From NCBI GenBank assembly GCA_013265495.1, contig MU058452.1, forward strand, positions 248,001 through 312,000: DNA of 64,000 bases. The letters run 5' to 3'. This document shows, piece after piece, positions 52,386-64,000 of this stretch (position 1 is the stretch's first letter; each line of letters starts with the position of its first letter). The notes under the pieces are model-generated. The model was not told the DNA's origin and made no database searches. It saw only the letters and a program-made list of their open reading frames with translations. The translations under genes were made by a program, and so were the position numbers. This DNA comes from Vicugna vicugna. Its lineage: Eukaryota.

Positions 52386-54520
52386 GAAAAAGCCATGTCT
52401 GGATCACAGAGGGAGACACTAAATAGCTTATTACGAATATTACTATGAGCTATGCCTTCTGCAATTTGGGCCAATAGAGTAAATTAAGCTTTTCCAATAC
52501 CAAGAACCTAGGAGGTACTTGACGCCACAGGCGCCCCAAACCATATTGCCTAAGATCCAGTTAAGTGAGGCATTAATTAGGGAAATTTTTAGACAACATC
52601 AAGAATTTTGGTCTAACTATATGCAACACACACATAAAACTAGATAGATAGCTAGACGATGCAACTATTATATATGTAATAGTGTTTATCTATATTTGTA
52701 TCTACACACATATATTTGCTACATATGTGTGTATGTTTGCACATATGTATGGGCAAGATCAGTCATTAGTTGGTGGCTATGATGGGTGAGACTGGATAGA
52801 TATTTGTTAAATAATTTAATTCTTCAAATACACTTTTGAAGTTAGTAATATTGTCTGATTTTATAAATCAGAAAACAGAGTCATACAATATATGATTAAA
52901 TAGTTGTATAAAATATACAAAATGTCATTTTTCCTTTATTTTAATTACTATTTTATTACTCACTTCTACAGAAATACAAATGGCTAGAAAAGTGATGAAT
53001 GGGGTCTTAATTCAGCTCTAAATCTAAAGTGTGTTTCCTTGACCACTGTACTTTCCTGCCTCTTGTTAGATGGTTCAAAAATGAATCACAGAGCCAAAAT
53101 TTAGCCCAGAAGAAAAGCTCTTAATTAGGAGTTGGTCTCAGGACCCACACTGGGACTCTCAAGTTACAAGCCGATAAGTCTGAATCATGAATTCAAGAAG
53201 GTATGGAACATATACATGATATTTGAATTGGTTTTATTACACATTTCTGTATGTATATTTAAATATCCAAGTGTCTCAGTGATACAGGAGCCAGCAGAAG
53301 AACTTGAAAATTTGCAGCAAGTAAAGGATGGCAAATGGAAGTTAAAATATACAGTGCTCATTATCACTAATTTAAAACATATAAAGTGCCATTGATATTT
53401 TCTTTATTTCATGGGCTGCTTTTATGATTCTCTTTCACAGGACATAAAAAATATTTTAAAGGCTTTCAGTTATAGGTTCATTTGCAACCTCTGTCCCTTA
53501 AATCTCTTCTTTCCCATGAGTTATTCATTTCTCCAATAGAATAGATTCTCCCATGGTCACTGGACTAGTGGTGTGGTGACCACCTGGAGCAGCCATGCTG
53601 AGCCACACCCCCTGCTTCGGGAACTGTTGTGAATGGGACCCAGTGACACCACTGCATCGTTGCTCACACCATAGGCCTCCTTGGCCTCTGTGCCTCCACT
53701 CTATCAGCCACAAATGACCCTGGAAGGAAAAGAGGAAGGAAGGCAGAAGACAAGGCTGGCCTCCTCCAGGAGTTACAGAACCCAAATAATCCAGAGTGTT
53801 TTGGGAAGGATGCAATGGAAGAAACTTTAAGAAATCTTAACTTGTCCTTTTCCTCTGTAGCATGAAACCAGATTTGACTTCTCCAATTAGGAAATTTGCT
53901 GACTGTGGACTCTAACTTTGGGCGTGAAGCACAGGCAACCAGGAAGGCACTAAACAGTACATAAATCTCTCTACTGAGAAGACGGGGCTCAACTCAAAAA
54001 TTCCATTTACTCATATTCAAGCACGTGAAGATGCAGTTTTAGCAACATTATTATGGGCCCAGTATAATTTCCAGGAGTCAAGATGGTGCAGCCTCTAAAT
54101 GTTTCATTATCTCATTGGCCTCCTGCACCACTATGACTTCATGATTATATGTCTGCAGGCGATGGTTTTGACTTGAGCCAACATTATCAATACATATAGA
54201 TGATTCGTGTACACTGTATTTTAATCTGACTTACATCAAAAAAAGTGAGAAACTCACTCCTGAAAAGCCAGTACTTGGAAGATCCCTGGTAAAAATTTTT
54301 CAACCAAAAGATGTGAGCAATGGCTCTGGTTTGTCAGAAGGGAGTAACGGATGAAACACTTTGTTTTTCAGCAAGTTTTACAAGATTGCCTGATAATTTT
54401 GTTACATGCAGTAAAAGTGGATCTGTAAGAATTCCACTAGGAAAAAAATCTTATCTTATGAGAGATTCTCCTGTTGGCTTATGATAAGTTATAAAGCCAT
54501 GTTCCAAATAAGTCTGGAAT

Positions 54521-54642
54521 TTTTTGGAGGGGTTATTATTATTATTATTATTGCTATATTTTTAATGGAGTTACTGGGGATTGAACCTAGGACCTTGTGC
54601 ATGCTAAACACACACTCTACCACTGAGCTATAACCTTCCCCC
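54521..54642 (-). mobile_element. Vic-1-type SINE with an (AAT)n linker
   Basis: Reverse strand GGGGGAAGGTTATAGCTCAGTGGTAGAGTGTGTGTTTAGCATGCACAAGGTCCTAGGTTCAATCCCCAGTAACTCCATTAAAA. Confidence 0.94.
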
Positions 54643-56899
54643 ACGTTTGGCATCTTGAGTCTGGTGAAGAAAGCAGGAGAACATGGAGGAGTTAGCAATC
54701 CTGACTCCAAAATAAAAGAGGCACTTTTTACATAAGCAACATGTGATATGTCCTGTGTGTGGTGGGAAAGATACAGATTTAGTGGAAGATTCAACACTAG
54801 AAATAGCACTGGTGGCATTCTGGCTACTGAGAGCTAGGTGTGACAATAAAATTACCGAGTTTGCAACTCCCTTGTACCTTTAGATCTGTGTGAGCCAGAA
54901 AGACACCTGTTACATTAATTATATACAGAATGAAATTTCTTTTACCAGAACTAAAAACATAATGGTCAGAGGGGAACTACTCATGTTTTTAATTAGAAAA
55001 GGAATGTGTGTGTGTGTATGTGTGTGCGTGTGTATTTAACATGCCCACTATTAAGAAAGAGGCAGAGTGTGGAGTTTTCATTTTGGGATGGTGTATATAG
55101 AGGTCAAAGATATCTGTGTAAGGTATACTGTAGAATGTGTGGCCCACATCTATTTACAAACTGGTGGAGATATTTTCTGGCTGCTTCCAACCAGTTGCCA
55201 CTGATTTGTCTGCGATGTGCGATTAAGAAATAGCCTTATTGTTTAAAAACGCTAATAAAAAAGAAGGATCATTCATTGTAAAGATGAGAGGCAGAGACGA
55301 AATAACTCCTCTGTAAGGCAGATTTATTAATAGTCATTCACTGATTTTTCAGTAAAATACTCTTCACGTAACCTTGACTTTATTAAGGAGTCCTTAAGGT
55401 GCATTTGGAAGACAGATAATGAGTTTGGGGAATAGCCTTATCTACATCAAGCTAATCTTTAACAGCTTGAAAAGGAACTAGCATAAAGTTTTCCAATTTG
55501 AGTGACAGAAGCATGTTAAGACAAAACCATTTAAAACGTCCTTTTAACATGAAGACTTCACGGTACATGACAATGTTTTTATAAGCATGCTTCATGGAGC
55601 AGTGGGAACATAAAATAAATAAGAAATATAAAACACGATGGGGCTTTAATACTATTCTTGAGGGTCAAATGAATTGCTAGTTAAGGGAATAAAGAATTCG
55701 ACTGTCCGAAGGCCTCTGAGTGGCACTTTGTATGGGTTAATAAAAGCAAGTCAGAGGTCCCCAGGGGGAAAAAAGTGTTTCATTCACGTTGGCTGTCTCC
55801 TTTAAAGGGAGGGACAATCTGAAGGGAGGGATTTTGAGTGGCAGGTCATTGTCGACTGTGCACATGCCACATTGTCAGGACTTCTATGGATTGAAATCGG
55901 CAGGAACCTTTCTGACCCTTGGCTAGTGTGGGGGTCTCTGTGTGGGTGAGCAAAGAGGCCCGAGGCCCGAAAGAAAGAGGGATGAAAAGAAGACTAATTG
56001 AGAAGTATCTTTCTAATGAGACAGCTCATATTTACCCATGTGCAGACTCCCAAGTTCAGATTTTTCCTCCTTTAGTGCAAATCTGAGTTTCCTTCTTTAG
56101 CATAAGAGTAGATGTGTCAGAAAAGGCTGTTTCTCCCCGGCTTCTATGCACGACTTCCATCACACTCCGAGCTGAAACAGGCTACGGTTTGCAAAGCTTT
56201 CAACGTGTTCATTAGTTCAGCTTTTCTTTCATGGGGGTTCCGATAACTGTATTTTAAGTCTTTTTGTTTGTTTGTTTGTTAGTTGGTTTTCTTTTGCTTT
56301 TCTTCCCGTTGCCTCCATGTCCTGGGATCATTCCTTTCTTCCACCTTCAGTCCTTATAAATTTAGAATTTCGCCCAAAATATCTTCAGCCCCAAGTTCAC
56401 GACGCAGGTTCAAACCAGAAACTGACAACAGTTTTTTGAGAATTCCCTTTCCCCGGCAATGAGCCCCTCCCAAGACTTGTCCAAGAGATTTAAATACTTT
56501 CTGGCTATTTTCAGCATTTATCCAATTTTTTTCTAACTCTGACCTAAAGTCATTTCTTCGTCTCAATAAGACCCAAATGGATAATTGGTGGACAGACATC
56601 ACTGAAGTTTAAAAAGTGTCATTACAGATACATATGTAATTGGGAAGGTGTAGATATAAATGTGAGAAAAGCAAGAAGTGTTTCTCTCTACTCTCCTCAG
56701 AAAATTCAGTCCTGGGGTAAGAAAGCTGGGATTTAGTGATTTGATTGAGCTTTTTTTTTTTTTCCCTCCTTTAAGAAGCAAGTGATAATTCATCTGCAAA
56801 CACACCTTTCTTTGCTCTGTTGTCAATAGAAAAGTTGTTTTGCTAATGGTTATCTGTCTACAAGTCCTTGACCTGCTTGTAAACACATTTCGACAGGAA

Positions 56900-57200
56900 A
56901 ACCCCAGGCCATGGCCTCGGGACTTTGCGTCAACAACAAGAGATAAAGTGACCACAACTTAACCTGATGTGGCCTGGAGTGCCCTCTGCCGCCCCTCGAC
57001 CGAGCGCTTCCCTAATCTCCCGGCTGAGGGAGCCGACTGCTCGGAGGGCTGGCTGTTCACACGGCATGACCTGCACTGCTGCGTGGTTCACGCCCTCCAC
57101 TCTCTTTTTAATAATTTTATACATCCCTGCCGGGAGCCTTTTTAAACCCTCTTTCCGCTAACCTGGGCAGAGGGGAGTTCTATCAGCTGATCAGCTTTGG
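56900..57200. promoter_or_regulatory. Short GC/CpG-rich patch, candidate regulatory element
   Basis: Local CpG cluster in an AT-rich background, a GC-box-like CCGCCCC, and overlapping palindromes ATCAGCTGATCAGCT (E-box CAGCTG). Confidence 0.3.
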
Positions 57201-57596
57201 TCAGATCTGCGTCTTCATGATGCTGAAAAAATGGACACAAAAGTGAAAAAAAAGAGAATCACGTCGACTGATGAGCATCATATCCATGCCATGTGTGCCC
57301 ATCCTCCCCCAAGACGTTTGAATGAAGACGACTTTTAAAACCATGAAACCTTAATATCACTATGTGTGTGTGTGTCTGTGGGTGTGTATGTGTCTGCGTA
57401 TGTGTGTGTGGAGTGAGTTTTGTTTGGTCTCAGATATAATAATGTTCTCTCACTTTCTGTTCCTCTGTGTGCCTGCCCTCGGCAGTGAATCTCACAAAAG
57501 CTGTCCCTCTCTACAGCCTCCCCAGTTTTCTCCCTTCCTGTTCTTCTTTTGTCTATTTTACTTTCTTTTCTTCTTTCAAACCACACCTACGTGATC

Positions 57597-58048
57597 TTTT
57601 ATTTTTCAATTGAGGTATAGTTAATTTACCATGTTGTGTTAGCTTCTGGTGTACAGCATAGTGACTCAGGTATACATACATATTCTTTTTTCATTATAAG
57701 TTATTACAAGTGATTGAATAGAGTTCCCTGTGCTATACAGTAGGTCTTTGTTATTTATCTGTTTTATATATAGTAGTTTGTATCTGCAAATCCCTAACTC
57801 CTAATTTATTCCTCCCCACCCCCTTTCCCCCCAGTAACCATAAGTTTGTTTTCTATGTCTGTGAGTCTGTTTCTGTTTTGTAAATAAGTTCATTTGTCTC
57901 GGTTTTTTTAAATTCCACATATAAGTGATATCATGTGATATTTATCTTTTTATGTCTGACTTACTTCACTTAGTATGATAATCTCTAAGTCCATCCATGT
58001 TGCTGCAAATGACTATTTCATTCTTTTTATGGCTGAGTAGTATTCCAT

Positions 58049-58088
<40 letters not shown>

Positions 58089-58434
58089 AATATATATAAA
58101 ACACAACTTCTTTTCTTTAAATTTTATTTTTTACTGAAGTGTAGTTAATTAACAATGTTAGTTTCAGGTGTACAGCAAAGCAATCCAGTTACACATATAC
58201 ATACATATATTATTTTTTCTTCTCAGATTCTTCTCCATTATATGTTATTACAAGAAATTGAATATAGCTCCCTGGGCTAAACAGTAGGTCCTTGTTGTTT
58301 ATCTGTTTTATATCTGGTAGTGCATATCTGTTAATCCCAAACTCTTAATTTATCCACTCATCTGTCATTGGACATTTAGGTTGCTTCCATGTCTTGGCTA
58401 TTGTAAATGGTGCTGCTACAAATGTTGGGGTGCA
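57597..58434 (-). mobile_element. 5'-truncated LINE-1 with an internal (TG)15 and a nested L1
   Basis: Antisense 3' UTR and ORF2 end (TCTGACTTACTTCACTTAGTATGAT, GGCTGAGTAGTATTCCAT, TGGACATTTAGGTTGCTTCCATGTCTTGGCTATTGTAAA); (TG)15 at 58055-58084. Confidence 0.96.
58112..58355 (-). mobile_element. LINE-1 3' UTR fragment nested in the L1 above
   Basis: A second T-rich tail and 3' UTR copy interrupt the host between CACAACTTCTTT and ATCCACTCATCTGTC. Confidence 0.9.
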
Positions 58435-59273
58435 CCCCAACCTTTTTAAAAGTAACTCTACACTGTAGAGCCTGGCTTATATGTTTCTGAAATGTTCAAT
58501 TTCCACTGGAATTCTACACTGGCCCCATCTACAGGTGAAATATGTTTATTTAGTACCTCTCTAGAACCACCATTTTTTCCCTCTATATTTAGAGTTGGGT
58601 GCTTCCTTCTACATGATTCTTTTCAGCTGTGACTTTTCTAACCTATGTCATCATTGTCTGAGTGTTCTCTCTTACCATAGATTTTGCTTCAGATTTGGTT
58701 TTTTCAAAATTAAGTGAAACTATTAACAAGTACCTATGGATGGCTGCTTCTAGAAGTCATAAAAGAAAAATAATGCCCAGGTTCTGTCTTTAAGAAGCAT
58801 TTTGGTTTTGATAGATCTAAAGTGACAATCTAACTAATGAATGGAGTGATTGATAAAGTATTTGCATATCAAAGTAGATTAAAAGTATGCATTCTGTGCA
58901 ATTTTCATGTTGTTTTTAAAATTGCTTTGAGAAACTTATTTGTTCATCATAGTAATTGAACTATGAATTATCTGCCGTGGTTTTAGGTTTATGCTTCGTA
59001 TTTCAAGAAGTTTCTCAAAATTATAACATGAACAAAATCTTTTGGTATATTTTCAGTAGATAAGGTCATTTTTCTCTCAATTGTGAAGTGTTCAGAATCC
59101 CAGAATGATCTTAAATCAGAATTTCCCTTCGTATGGTGAATGGCTTTTACTTTTTGTATGTCCCTCTACTGATTTAATCCTTACCTGAGGTACAAGTAAA
59201 GTAAGAAGGAAGGACAAAGAAGGTGATGTTTTGCGTTTGTTAACTTGAATCCCTAGAATAGTAATTTTTTTGC

Positions 59274-59396
59274 TTTTTTAAAAAATGAACTATGGTCAGT
59301 TTACAAATTTCAATTAATTTGTGGTGTACAGCATAGTGATTTAGTTATATATATATATATATATATATATTCCTTTACATATTCTTTTTTATTATG
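59274..59396 (-). mobile_element. LINE-1 3' terminal fragment with expanded (TA)n
   Basis: GTCAGTTTACAA...GGTGTACAGCATAGTGATTTAGT followed by (TA)12 at 59346-59370. Confidence 0.88.
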
Positions 59397-59559
59397 ATTC
59401 TTTAAACATCAATTTTTCACATGTGTGATGTGGACCTCTGATACTATAACTTAACATCTCTCTGTTGTGAGTGAGATATAGTTGGTAAAGACTTTTTATG
59501 AAATACAGCGGAAAAAGTCACAAGGAAATGAAGCTCAATGATTTATCATGAAATAAAGA

Positions 59560-61710
59560 TCCATGTCATTCCCACTCATATCAAGAAGTGGAATATGATC
59601 AACCTCTCAGAAGCTGTTTCTTCTTAATTATTACCTCCTGTAGCTGTTTCCAAAGGTAGCCACCATCTTGGCACTTACATAGCATAACCACTTTCCCCTT
59701 TCTTTATATCACCTTAGCGTGCATCCTAAACACTGGTTTAATTTTTTTCACTTTATATAAATAGAATCAAACAACATTTATTCTTCTGTGTCTGGTTTAT
59801 TTTGATCAACATTACCTTTGTGCAACATGCACTTGTGTGTATGTAGCTCTAGTTTGTTCATTTTTATTGCTGAAGGGTATTCCGTTGAACTAATATACCA
59901 CAATGTGCTTACCATTGATACAGATTCCAGTGGTTTCCAGATGCACTGTATGCATCCGTTGAAATGTTCATAAAATTTTTCTCTTGTATTGGATTAATGT
60001 TGTGAATGCAATGGTTGCCTTAAATATTAAACCTACTTTGAACCAACACAAATTAATTATTCTGGATTATCATGTTTATATTTTGCTGTATTTCATTTTC
60101 TAAAATTTTAGCATCTGGGTACTATAATTTTACTTTCTTATAGTCACATTTTGATAATGAGATTATACTGCCCTCAAGAAGAGATTTGGAGAATAAGTTT
60201 CTCTTTTACTCCTCTGCAATAGGGTGCCAAAATTCCCTGTAAGTTTAAACAGTGAAGCCATTTGCTTTTCTTTCTTCCATCCTTTCTTCCTCTCTTCCTT
60301 CTTTCCTTCCCTCTTTTCTTTCCCTTTCTCTTCCTTTTCTTTCTTTCTTTTTTTTTTGCATGTGTAAGATGGCATTTAATTATGGATTCATTGTTTTTCC
60401 ATTTCTTCTTGTGTCAGTTTTGCTATTTTAAGGAATTTATTAAGTTTTTATTTAAATTTGAAAAATTATTAAACAAAGTATGTTTTTTTGTGTTCTGTTT
60501 AAAGTGTGTAGCCTCTGCATTGATGCTCTTTTCCTCTCCAATATTAATTATTTTTCTACTCTCTTTCTCATTTTAATCAGTCTTATGATGGGTCTTTAAA
60601 ATTTTTTTAGTGTATCCAGATAGGTAATAGACCATGACTTTGCTGGTGATTTTATATTAATTTTACATGATTTAATAATTTTATATATTATTTCCATCCT
60701 TTTATTTTTGGGGGCATATTTGCCAATTTTTTTTTGTAAACTTTTTTAGATGAATGACTAACTGACTGACTACTACCTTCTTCCTTTTCTAATATATGTG
60801 ACCAAGCTTATAAATATCCCATTTGGCAAAAACTTTCCTTGCATGTTAAGATATGTAGTATTTCATTTTCCTTCAGTTGAAAATATTTTAATATTTCTAT
60901 TGCTATTTCTTCTTTGACCTATGGGTTCTTACAAGAGATTATTTTTAACATATGAGAATATTTCCTAGTGTTTTGTTACTGATTTGAAAAAAAACTAGTT
61001 GTATTGACATGACAGTATATTCTCTGTATAATTTTGATCCTTTGAAATTTGTCATGCTCATCTTAATGGCTCAATACAGTCAATTTTTTAAAAAAGTTCC
61101 ATTGGTGCATCAAAAATGTATGTATTCTGCAGTTACTAGGTGTAGTGCTCTACATATTTCTACAAGGTCAGTTTTGTGAATGTTGTTATCAAAAATTTGC
61201 ACATCCTTACTAACTTTTCAGTTTGTTTTTTGATTCTTTGACTATTGAGAGTTATATTTCAAAATATTCCACTAGGGTTATAGATTTGTCTTTTTTTTCT
61301 TATAATTTTGTCCACATTTTTCTGTGTATTTTTAGGCTATGCTCATAGGTGCCTTCTAATTTGAATTCTTGGTAAATTGAAACTATTATTTTTATGACAC
61401 TTGAGATTTTCCTGCCTTAAAAGTCCACTGTGTCTTCTATTAATATAGATAAACAAATTTTTTCCTCTTTTTGATCAATATTTACATGTTATATCATTCT
61501 CCATCCTTTATTTTCAATGTTTTAAAATTTACTGTGATGTTCATTTATTATATTTTAGATATTACTTATTGTAGAATATAGTTGAGTTTTTTAATACAAC
61601 AGATTTATTCTTTTATTTAGAGCACTCGGTACATTGGTATTTTATATATTAGCTGATATATTTGAGTTTTATATATCATTTCATTAAATTTCTATTTTTT
61701 CTTTTTTCTC
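59560..61710 (-). mobile_element. Old L1M fragments (L1ME-like), T-rich, with a CT-rich tract at 60264-60358
   Basis: TTCTGTGTCTGGTTTATTTTGATCAACAT, TTTCTTCTTTGACCTATGGGTT, ATGTATGTATTCTGCAGTTACTAGGTGTAGTG and TTGAGAGTTATATTTCAAAATATTCCACTA. Confidence 0.82.
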
Positions 61711-64000
61711 TATGTACATGGAATGTTTCAAAAAATTTTTAAAATCTTATCAGAAGAGCTCAGAAAACCAAAGATTAGATATGAAATGGTATTTTATTTC
61801 CATATTGGAACTGGATAGTTAGGAACTGAGATAACTCACTGTCTCTGTGAGCTCCGTGAAATTTCATCATCATTTCCCTCCCATTTGCATCATTTTTCTC
61901 TTTCTCTTTTGTAGAATAGCTCCCTCAGTTTAGGCAAATAGATGGTACCACCACATGTCTATATAATATCACTTTCCAGTTCAATCAGTTAACAGAAGAT
62001 TACCAGCTTTTCTCTGTATTATTTCCATATTTCTAAGAGGAAATTCTTATTAAATTAGATTCATCCAGTTTGTCAGCCATACCTCTATAGCCAGAGTAAA
62101 AATCAGATAACCTACATATGGACCTGGGCCTTGGGATAAAGAGAAGCTCAGAGAATAAGGTGTTAGACCTAAAATTGTGCCTCAGTTTTCCATGTCACTA
62201 GTGAAAAATAATAATAATAATACTTAAAATAATATAATAATAATAGAGAACTCAACTGTGCCCTGAAATAGTTCTTAAGACAAAGTTTTTAACTTTTTTA
62301 ATGATTATTCTTTCTTTTTATCTGCCTGAGGCAGCCATTGGTCTGTATTTGGTCTGTATCCTTCTCTTGTGTAAATTATACACCCTCTCCTGGACCCTCT
62401 ACTCAAAGCTACCAACATCTCCATTCTTTTCAGTGGACTTCATCTGAGCGGCATTAATTTCAAGGCTGCTCCAGTGCCCAACTATGTTTCACTCTGTCTT
62501 CATGGATTCTCTTAAAGAAATAGGATTTTCTCCCCATTCAACTCCTTACTCTGGTTAGCTCCTCCATATGCCAAAAATAATTAAAGATGGATTCCCCAGT
62601 ATAATGAGTGAGCCACAGGAGGGGAAAAATCAGGAGACCGTAGATTGCACAACAACTAGACCATTGCGGATCCATTTGAAATAAGGAGTTGTCTTTTTCA
62701 CTATTCTTCATTAATCGTTTAACAAAGACTCTAGAAGTAGACTGGGACCAGCCAAGGCACAAACTTGGCAGGATACAGTGGTCACAGCTGAGATTTTTTA
62801 GGTTTTATGGTGGTGATTGCTAGGGGACATAGTCACCCTGTGGAGACATTACTGTGTTGCATTGAGGTCTATTTTAGAAGAAAAAGAACACAGCCAATTT
62901 ATCAGCTTGAGATATGGCTTCTCCACAAACTTCTCCCAAGATTACCCTCTGCTGGAAACTTTGCGAAAATGGCATCATGATGAGTTAACACTTTCATTAA
63001 ATCTTGGCGGTTTCCTCACAACGTCTAATGTTGAGCACCTTCGCATATATTTCACAGAGGCAGAGTTATGGTCTCAAGTGGGATTTATTCCTAAATTATG
63101 AATAGGTATTCTTAAGTGGGGATTCATAACTCAGGCACTGCCATGTATACATGGCATCTGTATATAGGGACATTCAGAGCATCTGCTTTGTGTATATTAA
63201 AGCAATCTGTGCCTTTACTTTGGCTTACAAATCAATTTACAAGCTAATTTACATTTAGGCAGCAAATGAATAAGTTAACGAATATTATACTCAGTTATAA
63301 AATGCATATGTTAAATCAGAAAATCTTATTAGAATCTTCTGAAATTTGTATTATTGTTTGTCATTCTTAACACAGTAAGATTTTATATTGTGTTGTTTTG
63401 GACTATTATCTTGGTATTGTTTTATCTCCTTGAATAAACATCCCCAACCTATTTATTAACATTCTCTTTAATTGACTTCTCAATCTATTTCTTATTTCCA
63501 CATCTGTAACTCAGACATTGTCATGATTTGAATGATAATTTAACAAAAGCTTCCAGCTTTGATATTTCTTACCACATTCCATATTCAATTTTATAGATTT
63601 AGTTTCTTTGAATGCTGAGTTTCTGGGTCATTTGAAGAAAGTTATAAAGTGAAAAATACATTTTTCCATGTTGGCTAACCTTGTAATCCATGAGCGGACT
63701 GCACTAGCTTATTTTACTCCATCTTCTTATATTAGACACTACTTTGGTCTTCCAAATGGTGTAATTTTCTCCATTTTCAAGGCTTAAAAACTTTGATTTG
63801 GGAAGCTTCTGGCTCAGCTGAAAGTCATAATCCTCAGTGAAGCAGGGTTTTTTTTGTTTTTGTTTATTAATGCATGTGAGACCTCTGTGAAGCCTGGAGT
63901 GCGTGGTTTGAAGGGGCAGAGGAATGAAGAAATGCTCTAAATACAGAGTGAGTGGAAAATGTGTTGGTAGGGAAGAAAGAGAAGAGAGACAAGCAAATAT

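Noticed and set aside
54270..54420. Possible MER5-like DNA transposon
   Set aside because: Similarity too weak and no TIRs visible.
1..64000. CRISPR arrays, operons, rRNA or other prokaryotic/viral systems
   Set aside because: No regularly spaced repeats, no long ORFs and no ERV coding sequence; the DNA is mammalian and non-coding in character.

Overview
AT-rich mammalian (eutherian) genomic DNA, almost certainly camelid: it has four tRNA-Ala-derived Vic-1-type SINEs and no recognisable Bov-A/Bov-tA, PRE-1, Alu or B1 elements. I see no recognisable protein-coding gene. The listed ORFs are LINE-1 ORF2 remnants, microsatellite read-through or chance ORFs. The window looks intergenic or deep-intronic. 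It holds young 5'-truncated L1s, old L1M, L2, CR1/L3, MIR, MaLR LTRs, a MER94-type hAT element and microsatellites, separated by repeat-poor stretches with enhancer-like motif clusters. I did not find a convincing new biological system. The best leads are: (1) a + strand chain of strong splice sites at 18.2-21.6 kb that joins in frame into a 45-aa ORF; (2) an AP-1/MAF/palindrome-rich candidate enhancer at 27.1-28.8 kb; (3) several perfected fold-back inverted repeats, some demonstrably derived by comparison with sibling repeat copies in the window. Repeat subfamily names and boundaries come from recalled consensus sequences read by eye and are approximate.
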